Source: Calditrichia bacterium (GTDB taxonomy: Bacteria > Calditrichota > Calditrichia > RBG-13-44-9). From it: DNA of 14,160 bases. The translations under genes and the position numbers were made by a program. The DNA lies in assembly GCA_037381445.1 (NCBI GenBank), contig JARRQT010000133.1:1-14160 (forward strand), given 5' to 3'. The notes below the pieces were generated by a model. The model searched no databases, was not told the DNA's origin, and was given only the letters and a program-made list of their open reading frames with translations. This document shows positions 8,855 to 14,160 of this stretch, in pieces; the stretch's first letter is position 1, and the number at the start of each line of letters is the position of its first letter.

Positions 8855-9487
8855 CTACTCCCCTTTCGCGAGCGGCAGGTAAATGGTTCTTTCGGCCGGT
8901 TCCTGTCCCGAGCAGGGAATGCAGACCAGTTTTCGGTCCCGGCGACGCAGATAACGCTCAAAGACATATTCGCCACACACTTCACATTTTTCCTTGTTAA
9001 AAGAACCTTTCACCGGTTGGAAACTGAAATCCGGCACCTGCTTGAGATTGAACAATTCCTCATCCGGTGCCGCCAGCACTGCCTTCACGATGTCATCGGC
9101 TACCCCGGCCGGGACCTCCGATGGCGCCACGCCCTGTTTGCGCAGGTGAAAAAATTCATGGGGCGCCAGTTTATCGCTGAATTCATTTTTCAAGGCCATG
9201 CGCAGCGGTGTCTTTCCTGGATAGTAAAAAACGGCAGCTATCTTTCCATAGAAGAGTTTATGCATCTGTCCCTTGCCAAAGGTGGCCGAGGTGGCTGCCT
9301 GGATGCCGTCCTGCAAACACCCTTGCGGATGTCCGATGCCCATCTCCGAGAAAACAAACATCTCGTGGTTTTTGATGCGGCCTACCCCCAATTCGTTCAA
9401 GGCCAGTAACCCCATGCGATAGCCCATCACCACAAAGGGACATTTGTGTCCGTGAAATTCATACAGCCAATCAGGTATGGTAATCAT
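8855..9487 (-). CDS. FmdE-family protein (copy A) with intact C-terminal zinc ribbon
   Basis: FHGHKCPF..GYRMG, GCLQDGIQAATSATFGKG, CEVCGEYV...VCIPC. AGGAG RBS before the ATG at 9487. Confidence 0.9.
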   Translation of the reverse strand: MITIPDWLYEFHGHKCPFVVMGYRMGLLALNELGVGRIKNHEMFVFSEMGIGHPQGCLQDGIQAATSATFGKGQMHKLFYGKIAAVFYYPGKTPLRMALKNEFSDKLAPHEFFHLRKQGVAPSEVPAGVADDIVKAVLAAPDEELFNLKQVPDFSFQPVKGSFNKEKCEVCGEYVFERYLRRRDRKLVCIPCSGQEPAERTIYLPLAKGE

Positions 9488-9521
9488 GATATTCTCCTGT
9501 AAATTGATTTTCATTATTTCC

Positions 9522-9541
9522 AAGTAATCGTTTACTTACTT
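9522..9541. promoter_or_regulatory. Putative TetR operator (copy 1)
   Basis: AAGTAA-TCGTTTAC-TTACTT, a 6-8-6 palindrome 34 nt upstream of the fmdE start; it matches the copy at 10164. Confidence 0.7.
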
Positions 9542-9557
9542 TATTGACAAAAAAATA

Positions 9558-10151
9558 TTATTTTTTATTCAATACCCGGTCCAGCAGGCATTTCATGCGC
9601 TGGCAGAAGTTTTCAGTCTGCAGGCCCTGGGGATTCAGGACCAGCTCGATATTCAGGGTAATGGGAATTCCCATATAAAGCATCGCCACATTTTCCACAT
9701 GAAGCTCGGGGTCCCAGCGGCCTGCCACGATGCCGTCCTGAATAATTTTGCTCACAAACTGCTTCTGTTCCAGCAGGATCGTGCGCAGATGCGATTTCAG
9801 CTCGCTGTCGTTCATATGCGCGGCCTCGGAAAAGAGCAGGATGGTAATCCCCTTATTCTTCAGCAAATATTGAATGTGAGCGCACAAAAATTCAAACAGC
9901 CGTTCATCGGGATCTTTGCCGTCCGTTGAGATTCGGCGCAGCGAACCCTGCAGATCCTGCTGCACATCCTCCATGATCCCAAGAATAATATCGCGCTTGC
10001 TGGCGAAATGCCGGAAAACCGCCCCCTCGCTGATGCCCACCTTTTGGGCCAGGTTGCGGGTGGAAAGCTGCTGCAACCCTTCCGTGGCAATGATTTCCAG
10101 CACCGCCCTTTTGATCTGCGCCTGCCGGATTTCAGTGGGTTGTCTTTCCAT
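9558..10151 (-). CDS. TetR/AcrR-family transcriptional regulator
   Basis: N-terminal HTH RQAQIKRAVLEII..EGLQQLSTRNLAQKVGISEGAVFRHFASKRDI; 197 aa. Confidence 0.95.
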   Translation of the reverse strand: MERQPTEIRQAQIKRAVLEIIATEGLQQLSTRNLAQKVGISEGAVFRHFASKRDIILGIMEDVQQDLQGSLRRISTDGKDPDERLFEFLCAHIQYLLKNKGITILLFSEAAHMNDSELKSHLRTILLEQKQFVSKIIQDGIVAGRWDPELHVENVAMLYMGIPITLNIELVLNPQGLQTENFCQRMKCLLDRVLNKK

Positions 10152-10163
10152 ATTTCTTCCTTC

Positions 10164-10183
10164 ATGTAATCACTTACTTACAT
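10164..10183. promoter_or_regulatory. Putative TetR operator (copy 2, autoregulatory)
   Basis: ATGTAA-TCACTTAC-TTACAT, a 6-8-6 palindrome 12 nt upstream of the tetR ATG. Confidence 0.7.
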
Positions 10184-10228
10184 ACGAATATATCAATGTG
10201 CTGTTCCATATAAAAGAATAAATATTTT

Positions 10229-10816
10229 TTATTGGGAGTTCTTTGAAAACCCGCCCTCAATCCAGGGCCACTGTCTGGCCTGGGGGCTTTGCGGGTAATT
10301 TTCCTGAATTTGCTGCATAATATTTCGGAATTGAAGGTTGTCCCGTGTTTTTAAGTAGATGGCCATTCCTTTCCGAAAAAGAAGAGAAGCAGCCTGAGGA
10401 TTCTCTTTGAAATTATCCCAGTGATCTTCAAGGATGCTGATTGCCTGGTCATATTTACCGCCCGGCATCAGAACGGAGGCCAATCCCAGACGCATCAGCA
10501 AGCGGAAATCCAATTCATTCAGATAGCCCGGTAACTGGTAGTAAAGCCGTTCGCGATGATCCACAAAATAAAATGAGGGCGTCCACTGTGCGGAATAGAG
10601 CCGCCGAACCTGCCTGTCCTTTAAAATATCCAAACGTACTGGCACAAACCATTGATATAATTCCTGCTGCACAGTTTCAGCCAAATAAGTCGTCACATAA
10701 AGCTTCCTGCAACCGGAGCAGGTGTCCCGATGGAACTGCAACAATATCGGTTTTCGGGATTGTTGACTTTCGGTTTTTGCCGATTCCCAGTCAAAAAACC
10801 AGTTTTGCCAATCCAT
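10229..10816 (-). CDS. Thioredoxin-fold protein with C-terminal TPR-like helices
   Basis: GGGGGAG RBS; KPILLQFHRDTCSGC (CxxC), WTPSFYFVD (cis-Pro strand), GKYDQAISILE, YPQSPQA. Confidence 0.82.
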   Translation of the reverse strand: MDWQNWFFDWESAKTESQQSRKPILLQFHRDTCSGCRKLYVTTYLAETVQQELYQWFVPVRLDILKDRQVRRLYSAQWTPSFYFVDHRERLYYQLPGYLNELDFRLLMRLGLASVLMPGGKYDQAISILEDHWDNFKENPQAASLLFRKGMAIYLKTRDNLQFRNIMQQIQENYPQSPQARQWPWIEGGFSKNSQ

Positions 10817-11116
10817 ATATACTCCCCCGTTTTTGTATCATTTTTTATTCATTTGGACATTTACGCATCGGATAGCCCCGCATCGATGGCAGGTTTTGAC
10901 CACCCACCTCTCTTAGTATCACTAATGAACCCGGCATCAATTTAAAATGGCCAGATGCCGGAAAGTGACGTAAAATGGAAAATCCAGCATTTTAATCATC
11001 CTGCAGGGGGTCAATGAATCATGATGAAAAGACATGACCGGTGTATGCATTGGTTCCGGCCGCTCCCCCGCAGCCTTGCATGTTTTTGCCAATTTGCTGC
11101 CCATGATGGATCGATA

Positions 11117-11821
11117 CTAAAACATGGTAAAAATAAAATATCCACCCCCTAATAAAACAAATGCACCGGCAACTTTTCTGACTATTCGGGAAACGCCCGA
11201 TTTTTCGGTCCAGTTGAGATATTGCTGCACGGCCTGCGAAAGCGTTCCCGCGCCGGTAATCACTGTGCAGTGCCCTAAGCCAAAAGCGCTGACCAGCAGC
11301 ATGGGCTTCGCCCATCCGGCGGCTGCGAGACTCATCACTGCCCCCAGCACCGGCGCCATAAAGGCAAATGTGCAGGGTCCCAGTCCAATGCCAAACACCA
11401 GGCCCAGGCCAAAGGCACCGGCAAGGCCCTGGCCTTTTCGGGGATGAATCCCGATACTGTTCCAGGAAATTGAAACGAGATCGAGCAGGTAAAGGCCCAC
11501 GACAATGAACACCGCTGCCACCGCCAGGTTGCCCCAGCGGCCCACGTCACCGATGATGCGCCCCAGGGAAGCCGTTATAAAACCGATTAACGCGATAGAC
11601 AGCAGGATACCCAGCGCAAAAACCAGGGATAGCCGAAACGAGCCTCCCAGGTTGATCTTCTCATCGCGGCTGGAAATATAGCCGATGATAAGCGGGATGC
11701 TGGTGAGGTGGCAGGGGCTCAGAAGAATGCTGAGCATCCCCCAGCCGAAGGCCGCGGCCAGCGCGATCTCAAAAGCGCCGCTCATGGATGTAGTCAGTGA
11801 AGCAAATAGATTTTCAATCAA
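11117..11821 (-). CDS. ccdA: CcdA/DsbD-type transmembrane electron transporter
   Basis: SILLSPCHLTSIP and GLGPCTFAF (two Pro-Cys motifs), about 6 TM segments; TTG start. Confidence 0.88.
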   Translation of the reverse strand: MIENLFASLTTSMSGAFEIALAAAFGWGMLSILLSPCHLTSIPLIIGYISSRDEKINLGGSFRLSLVFALGILLSIALIGFITASLGRIIGDVGRWGNLAVAAVFIVVGLYLLDLVSISWNSIGIHPRKGQGLAGAFGLGLVFGIGLGPCTFAFMAPVLGAVMSLAAAGWAKPMLLVSAFGLGHCTVITGAGTLSQAVQQYLNWTEKSGVSRIVRKVAGAFVLLGGGYFIFTMF

Positions 11822-11834
11822 AGGGCCATCACCG

Positions 11835-12341
11835 CTATTGCGCCTTCAAGCCATGCAATTGCAGAAAGGCATCGATTTCCCCTTCCGGGAAAAAGCCTTC
11901 GTGACGCATGATTTCTTTGCCGGCAGCATCCACAAATATTTGCGTGGGGATGAGCCGTATTCCGTACTGGCGGGCAAACGGTTTTCCTTCGTCGGTCCAG
12001 ACATCATGGAAAACCACTTTTACCTGTCCGGCATATTTGGTTTCAATCGACTTCATGACCGGCTGCATCTTCTTGCAGGGAATGCAGTTTACCGACCCCA
12101 GCTCGACAAAGGTAATCTGTGCTTTTTCATCGGCCAGGATTGGCTCGGCCTTGGCAGCCTCCTGTGCATTTGTTTTCGCAACAGCGGATTCGGAAACCTC
12201 TCCATTGTCTCGCACGGAGGCACCGCTCTCTGAACCTGCCTTGGTTTCGGCTTGTTTCGACTCACCGGGTTGTTCATTGCAGCAAAATGTGAATGCTCCT
12301 GCCAAAATCAGAATCATCGTTAGATAAAGCAGCTTGCGCAT
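11835..12341 (-). CDS. Exported (probably lipoprotein) thioredoxin-family protein
   Basis: Signal peptide ending in Cys (MRKLLYLTMILILAGAFTFCC), low-complexity linker, FVELGSVNCIPCKKM, YGIRLIPTQIF, RHEGF. Confidence 0.88.
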   Translation of the reverse strand: MRKLLYLTMILILAGAFTFCCNEQPGESKQAETKAGSESGASVRDNGEVSESAVAKTNAQEAAKAEPILADEKAQITFVELGSVNCIPCKKMQPVMKSIETKYAGQVKVVFHDVWTDEGKPFARQYGIRLIPTQIFVDAAGKEIMRHEGFFPEGEIDAFLQLHGLKAQ

Positions 12342-12342
12342 C

Positions 12343-12579
12343 TCAATTCTCCTTTAGCCATTTTAAAATCCTTTCATCGCTGGGCACGGAACCGGTCCAT
12401 ACCAACTTTTCGTTTATGACAAGCCCCGGGATCATCATTGCACCGTATTTTATCATTTCCCGGAAGTCATCCACCTTCCGAACTTCCGCCTGCAGGGCAT
12501 TTTTCTCAAGCAGCTGACGAACCCGGTTTTCCAGGCGCCGGCACCTTGAACAATTGGCGCCCAAAATTTTTATGATCAC
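12343..12579 (-). CDS. Small redox-active disulfide protein (MTH895/ArsE-type thioredoxin)
   Basis: [38 protein letters not shown]; 78 aa. The GTG start overlaps the acr3 TGA. Confidence 0.9.
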   Translation of the reverse strand: MIIKILGANCSRCRRLENRVRQLLEKNALQAEVRKVDDFREMIKYGAMMIPGLVINEKLVWTGSVPSDERILKWLKEN

Positions 12580-13646
12580 GCTTTTTTCCTCGTGCTAACC
12601 GCTGCAGGTTCAAAATATTTTTTCCTGAAAAATAGGGCCACATTCACCAGGCTGATCAGCACCGGCACTTCCACCAGCGGGCCGATGACCGCAGCAAAGG
12701 CTTCGCCGGAATTGATCCCGAACACGGCTACTGCCACCGCGATGGCGAGCTCGAAATTGTTGCTGGCAGCGGTAAAGGACAGGGTCGCTGTTTTGGGATA
12801 ATCGGCCCCGGCCTTTCGTCCCATATAGAAGGTCACCAGAAACATGATCACAAAATAAAATACCAGCGGCACCGCAATCCGCAGCACGTCCATCGGGATT
12901 CTGACAATATATTCGCCCTTCAAGGAAAACATGACGATGATGGTAAACAGCAGCGCGATGAACGTAATGGGGCTGATTTTTGGAATGAACTTCCTTTCAT
13001 ACCAATCTTTCCCTTTGACCTTCAGCATGGTAAAGCGGGTTAAAATCCCGCCAAGGAAAGGAATGCCCAGGTAGATGAAAACGCTTTCCGCGATCTGGCC
13101 AATGGTGACATTCACTGCAAAAGACTGCAGTCCCAGCCAGCCGGGCAGCACGGTGATAAAAACATAGGCATATACCGAAAAGAACAGCACCTGGAAAATC
13201 GAATTGAAGGCAACCAGTCCGGCAGCATATTCCGTATCCCCTTTGGCAAGTTCGTTCCACACAATCACCATGGCAATGCAGCGCGCCAGGCCGATCATAA
13301 TAAGTCCGACCATATAATGGGGATAGTCTCTCAAAAAAACAATGGCCAGCAGAAACATCAACAGCGGCCCGATGATCCAGTTTTGCGTCAGGGAGAGTGC
13401 CAGCACCCTGCCGTTCCGAAATACATCGCCTAACTCCTCGTACTTCACTTTGGCCAGGGGCGGATACATCATCAAAATGAGACCGATGGCTATGGGAATA
13501 TTGGTGGTGCCCACCGAAAAGGTGTCCCAGAATCCGGCGATGCCCGGCAGCAGGTAGCCGGAAAAGACACCGGCAAACATTGCTAAAAAAATCCACAACG
13601 TTAAAAAGCGGTCCAGAAAGGATAATTTACCACTTATTTTTTCCAT
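12576..13646 (-). CDS. acr3: Acr3-family arsenite efflux transporter
   Basis: [44 protein letters not shown] (conserved Cys), [20 protein letters not shown]. Confidence 0.97.
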   Translation of the reverse strand: MEKISGKLSFLDRFLTLWIFLAMFAGVFSGYLLPGIAGFWDTFSVGTTNIPIAIGLILMMYPPLAKVKYEELGDVFRNGRVLALSLTQNWIIGPLLMFLLAIVFLRDYPHYMVGLIMIGLARCIAMVIVWNELAKGDTEYAAGLVAFNSIFQVLFFSVYAYVFITVLPGWLGLQSFAVNVTIGQIAESVFIYLGIPFLGGILTRFTMLKVKGKDWYERKFIPKISPITFIALLFTIIVMFSLKGEYIVRIPMDVLRIAVPLVFYFVIMFLVTFYMGRKAGADYPKTATLSFTAASNNFELAIAVAVAVFGINSGEAFAAVIGPLVEVPVLISLVNVALFFRKKYFEPAAVSTRKKA

Positions 13647-13704
13647 GGCAGGCCTGTCCTGATTTTATTTCCGGTCGTTTATACAAAGCGCTTTCCATTC
13701 GTTC

Positions 13705-13724
13705 ATTTCGTTACTTGACGAAAT
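13705..13724. promoter_or_regulatory. Putative ArsR/SmtB-type operator upstream of acr3
   Basis: Perfect 7-6-7 palindrome ATTTCGT-TACTTG-ACGAAAT, 58 nt upstream of acr3. It overlaps a second inverted repeat, TTGACGA-N14-TCGTCAA (13715-13742). Confidence 0.6.
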
Positions 13725-13779
13725 ATAGAATTTCCTCGTCAAATAATCAAATACTAATTTTATTTTCGCCTCCTGAAGA

Positions 13780-13873
13780 ACGTAACCGGCGGTAAGGTGA
13801 ACTTGCCACGCGGTGGCGATTTTAGGTTTGAAGTTTTCTACAAAGGCAAATCACCTTATCGCTATCGTTAACA
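13780..13873. other. Long imperfect inverted repeat, degenerate attC-like site
   Basis: TAAC-CGGCGGTAAGGTGAACTTGCC ... GGCAAATCACCTTATCGCTATC-GTTAACA. The hairpin is certain; the attC identity is tentative. Confidence 0.35.
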
Positions 13874-14160
13874 AAAAAAGAAAAAGAACCTGAAACAACA
13901 ATCGCCATTCCCCTGCCAGCCTCTGAATGCCGTCACTTTATTTTCTTCACTGCCTTTTTGGGCCTTTCACTTCATTTTTCGGTGCCAGCACTTTGCGTTT
14001 CGCAGCGGACAGCGTTTTCTGCATTATGCAGCGCTGCGGGGTTGACAATCGCCCGCTCCATTGAATCATTTCCAGACGCTCCCGGATTTAATCTTATTTT
14101 TTCTGTCATCTTTCATTTATCTTTCTTAAAATACATGCGAACCGCACTTGCTTAAACAAG

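Noticed and set aside
10229..12579. Selenocysteine read-through in the redox genes
   Set aside because: All CxxC motifs use Cys codons, and the TGA stops fall at natural protein ends.
13880..14160. arsR/arsC or another gene at the right end
   Set aside because: Only short ORFs without recognisable motifs on either strand.

Overview
Bacterial chromosomal window, probably from a Calditrichota/KSB1/Ignavibacteria-like (FCB-related) organism. The taxonomy is inferred only from a 'YSLSQNFPNPFN...SGIYFYKL...KKLILQK' secretion C-terminal domain. The + strand left half carries a 5'-truncated receiver-PP2C (SpoIIE/RsbU-type) phosphatase, a hypothetical protein, a secreted NTF2/DUF4440-like protein, a ~960-bp hairpin-rich non-coding gap, a secreted protein with an almost perfect 393-bp internal duplication, and a DinB/YfiT-family gene. 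The right half is a continuous - strand run: acr3, small MTH895/ArsE-type thioredoxin, lipoprotein-like thioredoxin, ccdA, thioredoxin-TPR, tetR, fmdE-family, TauE/SafE exporter, patatin, OprO/P-like porin and a second fmdE-family gene that breaks off at its zinc ribbon where it meets dinB. The best new signals are a covarying 20-bp palindrome in front of both tetR and fmdE, an ArsR-type palindrome plus a 13-codon mini-ORF in front of an acr3 that has no adjacent arsR, and an attC-like hairpin. No rRNA, tRNA, CRISPR array or transposase was seen. All family calls come from recognising motifs by eye, not from database searches.
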